Assembly: GCA_963667015.2 (NCBI GenBank)
Contig: CAXXJJ010000004.1
Location: 3,232,001 to 3,296,000, forward strand
Direction: 5' to 3'
DNA length: 64,000 nt
DNA from: Desulfatiglandales bacterium
GTDB taxonomy: Bacteria; Desulfobacterota; DSM-4660; Desulfatiglandales; HGW-15
The notes beneath the pieces were generated by a model, which made no database searches, was not told the DNA's origin, and worked only from the letters and a program-made list of their open reading frames with translations. The position numbers and the translations under genes are program-made. Positions 1 through 9,492 of this stretch are shown piece by piece (positions within the stretch are counted from its first letter, which is position 1; every line of letters begins with the position of its first letter).

Positions 1-27
1 CTTCTTGTCTACAAATTCAAATTTCAT
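1..27 (-). CDS. ftsZ: cell division protein FtsZ, 5' end only (runs off window)
   Basis: ATG at 27 reading MKFEFVDKK with GGAGG RBS upstream; lies directly after ftsA in dcw order. Confidence 0.75.
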
Positions 28-121
28 GGTGTCCCTCCTAAATGTTGGCCTCGTCAGGCCGTTACCAAAAAAGACAAAAAATATCTTTTAATTTAAACTT
101 ATTTTAAATAACTTAAATGGA

Positions 122-1345
122 TCAGATTACTTCCTTGAACCATTTTTTCATCCTATCCATAACCTTGGCAAAAATATTTGTATCCCTGATCCTGAACTTT
201 TTACTGTTGGTGTTCTGCTTTGCTCCATATAGAACCAGCCCTACTGCAGTTGCATACATGGGTTTGTTTACTACCTCAACAAGTCCTCCTATCTTGTCAG
301 GGTAACCGATCCTGCATGGTAAATTAAATATCTCTTCTGCTATCTCAGGTACGCCTGCGAGTTCTGAAGACCCGCCTGTTATAACTATTCCGGAGTTTAT
401 GGCATCCTCATAACCTGCCCTGATCAATTCACTGTGGATAAGTGTAAATATCTCCTCGAGCCTGGGCTCAAGTATCTCTCCCAGAAACTGTCTTGGAAGG
501 GTTCTTGGTCCTCTGCCGCCCACACCCGGGACCTCTATTGTCTCATCGCTTCCTATCATGGATGTGAGTGCGCATCCGTATTTCATCTTGATCTTTTCAG
601 CCTCTACCGTGGCAGTTCTTATTCCTATGGAAATATCATAGGTCAGGTTGTCACCTCCAAGTGCAAGCACTGAAGTATGTTTAATCGATCCCCTTGAAAA
701 GACTGCCATATCAGTGGTGCCGCCGCCAAAATCAATAAGAGCTACGCCGAGATTCCTTTCTTCATTGGTCAGAACAGCTTCGCTGGAGGCTATTGCCTCA
801 AGTACAATATCATGAACATCCAGGCCTGCCCTGTTTGCACACTTGATAATGTTCTGGGCAGAAGTAACTGCCCCTGTAACGATATGGATCTTTGCCTCCA
901 TCCTTACACCGGACATGCCCAGAGGATCCATGATGCCGTCCTGTTCATCAACAATAAATTCCTGCTCAAGAACATGTATAACTTCCCTGTCCATGGGTAT
1001 TGCCACTGCACTGGCAGCCTCAATAACCCTGTCAATATCCTTCCTGGTAACTTCGCGTTCCTTCAGGGCAATAACCCCATGGCTGTTAAAACCTTTAATA
1101 TGCCCGCCTGCAATACCTGCATATACTGAGCTGATCTCACACCCCGCCATAGTCTCGGCTTCTTCGATAGCTTCCTTGATGGAGTTGACGGTCTTCTCGA
1201 TATTGATTACAACGCCCTTTCTGAGACCTTCTGAAGGGTGAGTACCTACTCCGATTATTTCGATAGTGTCATGAACCACTTCTCCAACAACCGCACATAT
1301 CTTTGTTGTACCGATATCCAGACCTACAATTATTTTTCCAGGCAT
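122..1345 (-). CDS. ftsA: cell division protein FtsA
   Basis: GLDIGTTKI and DFGGGTTD actin-like motifs, C-terminal amphipathic KVMDRMKKWFKEVI; start placed at ATG 1345 (AAGGA RBS) rather than 1378. Confidence 0.97.
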   Translation of the reverse strand: MPGKIIVGLDIGTTKICAVVGEVVHDTIEIIGVGTHPSEGLRKGVVINIEKTVNSIKEAIEEAETMAGCEISSVYAGIAGGHIKGFNSHGVIALKEREVTRKDIDRVIEAASAVAIPMDREVIHVLEQEFIVDEQDGIMDPLGMSGVRMEAKIHIVTGAVTSAQNIIKCANRAGLDVHDIVLEAIASSEAVLTNEERNLGVALIDFGGGTTDMAVFSRGSIKHTSVLALGGDNLTYDISIGIRTATVEAEKIKMKYGCALTSMIGSDETIEVPGVGGRGPRTLPRQFLGEILEPRLEEIFTLIHSELIRAGYEDAINSGIVITGGSSELAGVPEIAEEIFNLPCRIGYPDKIGGLVEVVNKPMYATAVGLVLYGAKQNTNSKKFRIRDTNIFAKVMDRMKKWFKEVI

Positions 1346-1367
1346 AGTCTTATTCCTTATAATATGG

Positions 1368-2198
1368 TTAACCTGCATCCCTGAAGGAGACTACAGCACC
1401 ATCAGAATAGTCCAGGTCAATGGCCTTTACCGTATTGATACGACCTGTCTCCTTCAGATGGGCGATGATTCTGCTTAATTCTTTCTTCTTTAGAGCAAGT
1501 TCATTGTATCCCATCTTCAACACTACCGGCATAGAGGTGGAATAGAGAGATACCTTTTCACCTTTTTCAAAATGTAATTCACTTAAATCTTCCATTGACC
1601 AGGCACCTGTATCTGATTCAAAAACAGACAGGATACCCGCGGCTAGTTTCAGATAATGCTCGCGTTCGTTATTCTCGGGAGATATACCTGTTATAACTGG
1701 AAAATCCTTATCATCACTGTATTCCAGCTCTTTAAAGGGCTCACCCCATTTATTGATATAATAGAGTTTGTCCAGTGCAACTATGGCATATGGAATCTCC
1801 TTTTCCGCACGGACCAGTAATAAATCCGGAAAACTTTTTTCCAGCTCAACTTTTCGTATCCAGGGGTGGCTTTCCATCTTTTGCTTCAGTTCCTTGAGAT
1901 TTATTGTAAAAAGACTCAGCTCACTGTCCAGATCCGAGATCTCAATAAGCTCCCTCTTTATTGTTTCATCCACCCCTGAAATCCGGACCTCCTCCAGTGC
2001 CATATGGGGAGATGAAATCAGATACTGATAAAGATAAAGGAACAGGGCGCTCACGGATGCAACCACTATACAGAGGCACAATATCTTCAGGGACAGAAAA
2101 GATACAGACTTGACCGCTCTGAAAAAGCCGGAATAATCCTTTTTTTGCTTCTTTTTCCTGACTACAGTCTGCCCTGATAATATGGTTCTTTTTTTCAT
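1368..2198 (-). CDS. ftsQ: cell division protein FtsQ/DivIB
   Basis: Basic N-terminus, single TM, POTRA-like HPWIRKVELEKSFPD, C-terminal IDLDY; position before ftsA. Confidence 0.92.
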   Translation of the reverse strand: MKKRTILSGQTVVRKKKQKKDYSGFFRAVKSVSFLSLKILCLCIVVASVSALFLYLYQYLISSPHMALEEVRISGVDETIKRELIEISDLDSELSLFTINLKELKQKMESHPWIRKVELEKSFPDLLLVRAEKEIPYAIVALDKLYYINKWGEPFKELEYSDDKDFPVITGISPENNEREHYLKLAAGILSVFESDTGAWSMEDLSELHFEKGEKVSLYSTSMPVVLKMGYNELALKKKELSRIIAHLKETGRINTVKAIDLDYSDGAVVSFRDAG

Positions 2199-3100
2199 TG
2201 TCCAACTACCCTTATTTCCGTTTCCAGGTCTAGACCTGAATCTTCCCTTACCTTTTGTCTTGTATAATCTATCAGTTCAATAATATCCGATGCCTTTGCA
2301 TTGTCTGCATTTACAATAAAGTTGGCATGTTTTGGTGATATCATTGCACCGCCAATCCTTTTTCCCTTTAAACCGCTTTCCTCAATGAGCCTTCCTGCAA
2401 AATTTCCAGGCGGATTTTTAAAAACAGACCCGCAACTTGGCATATCAAGCGGCTGGCTCTCTTTACGTTTTTTCAGATTACTCTCTATTCTTTCTCTTAT
2501 AGACTCTCTTTCACCTCTTTTAAGTCCCAGTGTAACACTATATACAATCGATCTTTCAGGAATCGATGTCTTTCGGTATTCAAAAGAAATCCGGGATCTG
2601 TCAATCTCCTCTGTTTTACCATCGAAAGTAACAACCCCAAGCCGCAGCAATCGATCCCCTATCTCTTCCCCGTATGCACCTGCGTTCATGACAACGGCAC
2701 CGCCCAATGTACCGGGGATTCCCGACATGAACTCCATGCCTGCCAGTTCATGCTGTATGCAGTATTTTAAAAGCCTGACAACTGAAAGCCCTCCACCTAC
2801 TGTCACCTCATTAGTGCTTTCTTCATTAACTTCCGCCAGTTTCCCTTTGAGGAAAATTACAGCCCCTTTAATTCCTTTATCGGTCACAAGCAGGTTACTG
2901 CCCTTTCCGACTGTCATCCTGGCTATTGCCTCTGACTCCAGAAAGGATATCAACTGCATAAGCGTTGGCAGATCACTTACAAAACATAGTGCCTCAGCCT
3001 TTCCTCCTGCCCGGAATGTGCTGTATGAACTCATGGAGGCATCAAAAATTACCGATTCCTTTAATAATTTTACAAGTTCGGACTTCTGATTTTCATCCAT
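2195..3100 (-). CDS. murB: UDP-N-acetylmuramate dehydrogenase
   Basis: GKGSNLLV, GIPGTLGGAVVMNAGAYG, SCGSVFKNP, KHANFIVN motifs. Confidence 0.97.
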   Translation of the reverse strand: MDENQKSELVKLLKESVIFDASMSSYSTFRAGGKAEALCFVSDLPTLMQLISFLESEAIARMTVGKGSNLLVTDKGIKGAVIFLKGKLAEVNEESTNEVTVGGGLSVVRLLKYCIQHELAGMEFMSGIPGTLGGAVVMNAGAYGEEIGDRLLRLGVVTFDGKTEEIDRSRISFEYRKTSIPERSIVYSVTLGLKRGERESIRERIESNLKKRKESQPLDMPSCGSVFKNPPGNFAGRLIEESGLKGKRIGGAMISPKHANFIVNADNAKASDIIELIDYTRQKVREDSGLDLETEIRVVGQ

Positions 3101-3121
3101 GATCTTTCCGGAGCCGTTTTA

Positions 3122-4501
3122 CTATTTTATTTTCTCAAGCAGGTCTTCTCCTACCTTGTATATATCTCCTGCCCCGAGGGTTATTACCTTGTCTCCCGGC
3201 CTTATCATTTCTTCTAATATGGCCATGATCTCTTCCGGTCCTTCAGCAAGATGCACTTCCTTATGACCATGTTCCTTTATGCCCCTGTAAAGCCATTGTG
3301 AGTCCACACCCTCAATAGCCTTTTCTCCTGCAGGATAGATAGGGGCAATAACCAGCACATCCGAATGATTAAAGCTGATGACAAACCGGTTATAGAGTTC
3401 TTTTGTTCTGCTGTACCTGTGGGGCTGAAAAACAACTATCAGCCGGTCTTCCGGCCATACTTCCCTAGCCGCTTCAAGGGTGGCCATTATCTCCGTAGGA
3501 TGATGACCATAATCATCAATTACCAGCACACCGTTTTTTTCACCTTTTTTCTGGAATCTTCTTGCAAGACCTCCCAGGTCAGCCAAGCCCTTTTTAATAT
3601 CTTTAAGTTCAATATTGAGTTCCATCCCTACGGCGACCGCAGCAAGTGCATTGAGAACACTGTGGTTTCCCGGCATCCCTACTCTAATACGCCCAAGGCC
3701 TTCACCCTTATAGAGCACCTCAAAATCGGAACTTGATGAATCCTTGGATATATCCGTTGCCCTTAAATCCGCCTGGGAGGTAAGGCCATAGGTAATATAG
3801 CGTTTTTTTAGCCTTGGAATAATATTCTGTATCTCCTCATTATCAAGGCACAGGATAGCGGTTCCGTAAAAGGGGATCTTGTTTATGAAATTGACGAATG
3901 TATCCCTGATTTTATCCATGTCCCCATAATGATCCATATGTTCACGGTCAATGTTCGTAACAACCGCGATCGTTGGAGACAGTGCCATGAATGATCCGTC
4001 ACTTTCATCCGATTCGGCGACAAGGATATCTCCCTGTCCGAGTTTAGCATTCGAACCGCCCCAGATATCCAGTCTTCCGCCAATAAGCACCGTAGGATCA
4101 AGTTCTGCTGCAGTTACAATGGATGCAACCATTGAAGTCGTGGTTGTTTTTCCGTGTGCGCCGGCTATGGCAACACCATACTTGAGGCGCATCAGCTCGG
4201 CGAGCATCTCGGCCCTTGGTATGACAGGGATATAATTTTCATTTGCAGCGATGATTTCAGGATTGTCAGGAGATACTGCCGACGAATATACAACAACATC
4301 CGCTTCTTCGATGTTTTCTGCACTGTGGCCGATAAACACCTTGCCCCCAAGATTGGTTACACGTCTTGAGGCTGCAGAATCCTTTATGTCGCTGCCGCTT
4401 ACCCTGTATCCAAGGTTGAGCAGCAGCTCGGCAATACCGCTCATACTGATTCCGCCGATACCTATAAAGTGAATATGTTTTGTTTTCTCAAAAGTTTTCA
4501 T
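3122..4501 (-). CDS. murC: UDP-N-acetylmuramate--L-alanine ligase
   Basis: HFIGIGGISMSG, GAHGKTTTT, ESDESDGS, DDYGHHPTE, FQPHRYSR. Confidence 0.98.
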   Translation of the reverse strand: MKTFEKTKHIHFIGIGGISMSGIAELLLNLGYRVSGSDIKDSAASRRVTNLGGKVFIGHSAENIEEADVVVYSSAVSPDNPEIIAANENYIPVIPRAEMLAELMRLKYGVAIAGAHGKTTTTSMVASIVTAAELDPTVLIGGRLDIWGGSNAKLGQGDILVAESDESDGSFMALSPTIAVVTNIDREHMDHYGDMDKIRDTFVNFINKIPFYGTAILCLDNEEIQNIIPRLKKRYITYGLTSQADLRATDISKDSSSSDFEVLYKGEGLGRIRVGMPGNHSVLNALAAVAVGMELNIELKDIKKGLADLGGLARRFQKKGEKNGVLVIDDYGHHPTEIMATLEAAREVWPEDRLIVVFQPHRYSRTKELYNRFVISFNHSDVLVIAPIYPAGEKAIEGVDSQWLYRGIKEHGHKEVHLAEGPEEIMAILEEMIRPGDKVITLGAGDIYKVGEDLLEKIK

Positions 4502-4504
4502 GAT

Positions 4505-5623
4505 TTAATTTTTACCTGTAAGTTTATACATCTGATCAGCTATAACCTTCGCTGCATCGAGCCTCGCGCATTTCCTGCTGTTTTCACCCATATTCACAAG
4601 CTGATCTCTGTTATCCATAAATTCAATGAGCTTTTCTGCCAGCTTCTCTCCATCGAGCTCGCCCTGCATCATCATCTCCGCACCGCCTGCCTTTACAAGT
4701 GCCATGGCATTTGACACCTGATGGTTGTTTGCCGAGGTTGGAAGCGGGATGAGGATAGCGGGTCTTCCCATTGCCGCGAGTTCAAATATGGTTCCGGCTC
4801 CGGCCCTTCCAATAAAAATATCCGCTTTTTCATATGCCTCGGGCATATCATCTATAAACGAGCTGACACCTCCTTTAAGCCCCCGCTCTTTGTATTCCTT
4901 CATGACTCTTTCATAATCAAACTGACCGGCATGATGGATAACCTCCGGTGTTAAACCCCTTCCTTTCATGATGGCAAGTGCTTCAATAAAAACACTGTTA
5001 ACGGCAACTGCCCCCTGGCTTCCGCCTGTTACAAAGATTGTAAAATCCTCTTTCTTTCCTGCCAGAGTGATTTTGTCCTTTTTAAATCCTTCACGCACAG
5101 GATTTCCGGCCATAAAACATTTTCCTGCAGGAAAATGTTCTTCACTCTCTTTAAATGAGATAAAAATCCTGTCTACCACCCGGCTCAAAAGCCTGTTTGT
5201 GAGTCCCGGAAAGGAGTTCTGCTCGTGTATAACAACCGGAATCCTCATAAACTTTCCGGACAAACATAACGGTCCGGACGAATATCCTCCCACACCCAGG
5301 ATTATGTCGGGGGAGAATCTTTTTATAATGCCAATGGACTGAAAAAGACTCCCCGGCAGTTTAAACAGGGATACGAGGGATTTTATTATTCCCCTTCCCT
5401 TGATGCCCTCAACCGTCAGGCATTCCTGCCTGAACCCCGCCTTATCAAGTATCCGTGACTCAATCTCTTTTCCCGCCGTAACAAACAGGATATCCGAACC
5501 GGGAAACCTGTCTTTAAACTCGTTAGCCACCGCTATACCCGGGAACAGGTGTCCGCCGGTGCCGCCTCCCGCTATAATGATCTTAAGCTTTTTCTCTCCT
5601 GTGTCTATTTGGTCCTCATTCAG
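4505..5623 (-). CDS. murG: undecaprenyldiphospho-muramoylpentapeptide N-acetylglucosaminyltransferase; start codon uncertain
   Basis: Open frame extends upstream of the ORF-track start through IIIAGGGTGGHLFPG to a CTG at 5623; HEQN, GNPVR, GGSQGA motifs; no in-frame ATG/GTG/TTG before the N-terminal motif. Confidence 0.93.
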   Translation of the reverse strand: MNEDQIDTGEKKLKIIIAGGGTGGHLFPGIAVANEFKDRFPGSDILFVTAGKEIESRILDKAGFRQECLTVEGIKGRGIIKSLVSLFKLPGSLFQSIGIIKRFSPDIILGVGGYSSGPLCLSGKFMRIPVVIHEQNSFPGLTNRLLSRVVDRIFISFKESEEHFPAGKCFMAGNPVREGFKKDKITLAGKKEDFTIFVTGGSQGAVAVNSVFIEALAIMKGRGLTPEVIHHAGQFDYERVMKEYKERGLKGGVSSFIDDMPEAYEKADIFIGRAGAGTIFELAAMGRPAILIPLPTSANNHQVSNAMALVKAGGAEMMMQGELDGEKLAEKLIEFMDNRDQLVNMGENSRKCARLDAAKVIADQMYKLTGKN

Positions 5624-5660
5624 TAGCCTTTAAAGGCTGCCTAAAGATTTTATTAATCCT

Positions 5661-5695
5661 TAACCGCAAACCGCAGACCTCAAACCGTATACCTG
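5661..5695. repeat. five imperfect tandem heptamers between ftsW and murG
   Basis: taaccgc aaaccgc agacctc aaaccgt atacctg. Confidence 0.5.
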
Positions 5696-5699
5696 CCGT

Positions 5700-6800
5700 T
5701 TATCTGCTTCGCGCCGATATATTCATCAGTATTCCGATCCCCACGAGATTAACCATGAGAGACGACCCGCCATAACTCAAAAAGGGCAGTGTAAGTCCCT
5801 TTGTAGGTAAAAGCCCCATTACCACACCCATATTAATCACAACCTGCAGGCCCAGAAGTGTTGTAATTCCAAGAGCAAGATAACTGCTGTAGAGGTCCGA
5901 GGCATCAAGTGAGATTTTCACCCCTCTGACAATCAATACTCCGAACAGTGCCACTATTACAATTATACCCAGCAATCCCAGTTCTTCGGCCAGGATTGAA
6001 AGTATAAAATCAGTATGAGGCTCCGGCAGATAACCCAGTTTCTGTTTACTGTTTCCAAGCCCTACACCTATGATTCCCCCTGAGCCGAATGCATAGAACG
6101 AGTGAATTATCTGAAAACCAAGATCATGTGCGTGATCCCATGGACTTAAAAATGCAAGGAGACGGTTCAGCCTGTATTCTGCATGAGTGATCAGCCAGAT
6201 TACCATCGGGCATGCAATGATCGCCATTCCGAGGAGGTGAAGCAGGTTCAGTCCGGCAACAAACAGCAGAATCATAAGCCAGGACCCTATTATCACCGTT
6301 GTCCCGAGGTCCGGCTGGATCAGGATCATGTACATAAAGGTCCCCACAACAAGAAGGTGAGGCAGCAGTCCCTTTGAAAAGCTGGACATGTCGGTTCCCT
6401 TTTTGGACATGGAATATGCCATATAAACCGCCAGAGAGAGTTTAACCAGTTCCGAGGGCTGCAGTCCGAAGGAGCCTATATCTATCCATCTGCGTGCACC
6501 GTTCACCTCTTTTCCGAATCCGGGAATCAGCAGGATGATCAGCAGGGCAAAGCTTATAAAAAGCGCCGGGTAGACCATCTTTCGATAGAACTCCACAGGA
6601 ATATTTTTAGCGACTATCAGTAAAAATAATCCCGCCAGTGTAAAAAAGGCCTGCCTCTTCAGATAAAAATAACTGTCGTGGAGCTTATAATCTGCCAGAA
6701 TGGAGCTGGAGCTGTAAACCGCCACCAGACCGACCCCCAGCAAAATAATAGTGGGAATCAGTATAAAATAATCATATCCTCCGCTTGTCTTTTCAGTCAT
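5700..6800 (-). CDS. ftsW: SEDS family peptidoglycan glycosyltransferase FtsW
   Basis: Polytopic membrane protein with GARRWI, QPSELVK, QPDLG, LPEPHTDFI, LPFLSYGGSS. Confidence 0.97.
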   Translation of the reverse strand: MTEKTSGGYDYFILIPTIILLGVGLVAVYSSSSILADYKLHDSYFYLKRQAFFTLAGLFLLIVAKNIPVEFYRKMVYPALFISFALLIILLIPGFGKEVNGARRWIDIGSFGLQPSELVKLSLAVYMAYSMSKKGTDMSSFSKGLLPHLLVVGTFMYMILIQPDLGTTVIIGSWLMILLFVAGLNLLHLLGMAIIACPMVIWLITHAEYRLNRLLAFLSPWDHAHDLGFQIIHSFYAFGSGGIIGVGLGNSKQKLGYLPEPHTDFILSILAEELGLLGIIVIVALFGVLIVRGVKISLDASDLYSSYLALGITTLLGLQVVINMGVVMGLLPTKGLTLPFLSYGGSSLMVNLVGIGILMNISARSR

Positions 6801-8151
6801 ATATCAGGCCTTCCACTTTTTCCTTAAATACCCTGCCCCTGTGACCGTAATCCGTAAACATGTCAAAGCTGGAACATGCCGGTGCCAGCAGTATTACGTC
6901 ACCCTTGACAGCCGCTGAAAACGCCTTTTTAACAGCATCCTCCATATCCTCTGCAAGTTCATACGGTATATCACTGTTAAAGGCATCTCCCAGCATGAAA
7001 CGCGCCTCACCGATAAAGACTCCTTTTTTTACACGGGACCTTGATGTCTCTACCAGCGGTCCATAATCTCCACCCTTGTGAATTCCACCTGCTATTAAAA
7101 TCACCGACCGGTCAAATACCTCCAGTGATTTAACAGCAGCATCTACATTGGTAGCCTTTGAATCATCATAAAAATCAACACCTGCAACCTTCGCTATATG
7201 CTCGATCCTGTGGGGAAGCCCTTTAAAATCGCGGATTACCTCCTGAATTATATCAGGTTCAATCCCTGCACAGACTGCAACAAGGACAGCCCCCATCAGG
7301 TTCCCTAAATTGTGAATTCCGGGCAGTAAAAAACCGCCAATATCAAAGGACCGTTCCGCCTTTCCCGGGATAACTGCAACAAGCCTGTTCCCCTCAATAT
7401 AAGCGTTGCGTCCTTCTCTTTTATCAATACCATAACGCAGTACAGTCACTCTGCCTTCCGGATTAAAATCATGGAGCAGAGGATCATCATCATTTAAAAC
7501 AGTAAACTGACCTTCCCGCTGGTTTTTCGTAATGCTGTACTTTGACCTCGCGTAAGCATCAAAACCTTCATACCTGTCAAGGTGGTCAGGCGTTATATTC
7601 AGTATCAGGGATACGAGAGGACTGAATTTTTCAGAGGTATCCAGTTGAAAACTGCTTACCTCAACAAGAACATAGTCGGCATTCCTATCGCCCGATACAT
7701 AGTCCATAAGCGGCGTCCCCAGATTTCCGCCGGCAAAAAGTTTTTTCCCTGATCTTTTAATTATCTCCTCTATTAGAGTAACGGTTGTTGTCTTGCCGTT
7801 TGTTCCTGTTACAGCCAGTATGGGAGTGTCAAACAACCTTGATGCTATCTCAAGTTCCCCTGAGATATTGACTCCGGCTTCTCTGGCCGCCACCAGTGGT
7901 TTAATATCAAGGGGCACCCCCGGGCTTAATATAATAAGGTCCGAGTTTTGAAAGGTTTCAATCCTGTGCCCGCCTATTTCAAGTTTTACCCCTGAATCTC
8001 TGACCTGCTTCAGGATTTCCTTATCAAGTTCGGTTTCCGGTTTAACATCACCTATCGTAACCTCTGCACCACGCCCCATAAGACACCTGGCAGTAGAAAG
8101 GCCAGATTTACCAAAACCGACTACCAGTATCTTCTTATTATTGAATTCCAT
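6793..8151 (-). CDS. murD: UDP-N-acetylmuramoyl-L-alanine--D-glutamate ligase
   Basis: GFGKSG, SPGVP, TGTNGKTT, EVSSFQL, DDSKATN, APACSSFDMF. Confidence 0.97.
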   Translation of the reverse strand: MEFNNKKILVVGFGKSGLSTARCLMGRGAEVTIGDVKPETELDKEILKQVRDSGVKLEIGGHRIETFQNSDLIILSPGVPLDIKPLVAAREAGVNISGELEIASRLFDTPILAVTGTNGKTTTVTLIEEIIKRSGKKLFAGGNLGTPLMDYVSGDRNADYVLVEVSSFQLDTSEKFSPLVSLILNITPDHLDRYEGFDAYARSKYSITKNQREGQFTVLNDDDPLLHDFNPEGRVTVLRYGIDKREGRNAYIEGNRLVAVIPGKAERSFDIGGFLLPGIHNLGNLMGAVLVAVCAGIEPDIIQEVIRDFKGLPHRIEHIAKVAGVDFYDDSKATNVDAAVKSLEVFDRSVILIAGGIHKGGDYGPLVETSRSRVKKGVFIGEARFMLGDAFNSDIPYELAEDMEDAVKKAFSAAVKGDVILLAPACSSFDMFTDYGHRGRVFKEKVEGLIYD

Positions 8152-8312
8152 AGGGTCTTATCTTTTCTCAAAAAATACCTGTGAAAATATTTCTCATAGG
8201 TAATCCCGATCTTCCGCGAAAAATCCACGCTAATACCGAAATCTATCAGCCTGCAATACACATGCAGGGGATTCATCACATGCTTTACCCATTGGCTGTA
8301 TGTACCAGGCAT
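8121..8312 (-). CDS. small hypothetical protein (63 aa) inside dcw cluster
   Basis: Same strand as operon, AGGGGG RBS 5 nt before ATG just after the mraY stop, fills the whole mraY-murD gap. Confidence 0.65.
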   Translation of the reverse strand: MPGTYSQWVKHVMNPLHVYCRLIDFGISVDFSRKIGITYEKYFHRYFLRKDKTLWNSIIRRYW

Positions 8313-8323
8313 CTTTTCCCCCT

Positions 8324-9403
8324 TTAACGAAGCTTCAGTGTACTCATGGATAAAAGTGTCAGGATAATAGCTATTATCCAGAATCGTACTGTAACCTTTG
8401 ACTCAGGCCATCCCTTGAGTTCAAAATGATGATGAATCGGTGCCATTCTGAAAATTCGGTGGCCGCCTGTAATCTTAAAATAGGTCACCTGAAAAATTAC
8501 CGACAGAGCCTCAAAAACAAAAAGTCCTCCAACTATAAGAAGCGTAATCTCCTGCTTGGTGATAATGGCTACGGTCCCCAGGATTGCTCCGAGGGGAAGT
8601 GACCCGACATCACCCATGAATACCTCAGCCGGATAGGAGTTAAACCATAAAAAACCAAGGCCGGCGCCAACCACTGCTCCACAAAGAACAGCAAGTTCTC
8701 CGCTCCCCGACACATATGGAATAAGCAGATAGGAAGCGAAATTAATATTTCCCGAAAGATATGAAAAAACAATATAACTCAAAAAGGCTATTACAATCGG
8801 TCCGATTGCAAGACCGTCAAGGCCGTCAGTAAGATTTACGGCATTTGAAAAGCCCACAATAATAAGTACGGCAAATGGTATGAACCAGATACCCATATCT
8901 GGGGAAATATTTTTAAAAAATGGGACATTGAGATGGGTATCAAATTCCGGATAAAAATAGAGCGCCAGACCGATAGGCAGCGCCACAAGAATCTGGAGAA
9001 GCAGTTTTCCCCTTACAGTAAGTCCATCACTGCTTTTTTTTGATACCTTCAGAAAATCATCTCTAAAACCTATCAACCCGAAAAATATCGCCGCATACAG
9101 GACAATCCACAGATAAACATTGCTTAACTCACCCCACAATATTACAGATGCAGTTATGACGGAGATTATTATGCAGCCCCCCATGGTCGGTGTTCCGGCC
9201 TTTCCCATGTGATTTTTGGGACCGTCATTCCGGATATACTGCTTAAGCTGCATTGCTCCGAGTTTTTTAATAGCCCACTCACCAAAGAGAATGAAAAAGG
9301 CAATGGAGGTGAGTGTAGCCAGTACTGTCCTGAAGGAATGGTATCTGAATACATTCACCCAGGAAAACTCTATGTGAAAAAAATAAATTAATTTATGCAG
9401 CAT
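8324..9403 (-). CDS. mraY: phospho-N-acetylmuramoyl-pentapeptide transferase
   Basis: GTPTMGG, NAVNLTDGLDGLA, FMGDVGS, APIHHHFE. Confidence 0.98.
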   Translation of the reverse strand: MLHKLIYFFHIEFSWVNVFRYHSFRTVLATLTSIAFFILFGEWAIKKLGAMQLKQYIRNDGPKNHMGKAGTPTMGGCIIISVITASVILWGELSNVYLWIVLYAAIFFGLIGFRDDFLKVSKKSSDGLTVRGKLLLQILVALPIGLALYFYPEFDTHLNVPFFKNISPDMGIWFIPFAVLIIVGFSNAVNLTDGLDGLAIGPIVIAFLSYIVFSYLSGNINFASYLLIPYVSGSGELAVLCGAVVGAGLGFLWFNSYPAEVFMGDVGSLPLGAILGTVAIITKQEITLLIVGGLFVFEALSVIFQVTYFKITGGHRIFRMAPIHHHFELKGWPESKVTVRFWIIAIILTLLSMSTLKLR

Positions 9404-9492
9404 TTCTTCTTCTTTTCGATTCGGACAACAATGCCCTTATTCCGGCCTCATCATCAACAACCATTATTTTCTTTAATTTTCCCATTATACGG

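Noticed and set aside
2195..2198. Absence of ddl between murB and ftsQ
   Set aside because: Genes overlap cleanly with no scar; ddl is often located outside the dcw cluster
2301..3089. 262-aa ORF antisense to murB, and other long antisense ORFs (e.g. 34215-34835, 52677-53492, 61099-61782)
   Set aside because: Shadow frames of well-supported genes with no recognisable motifs
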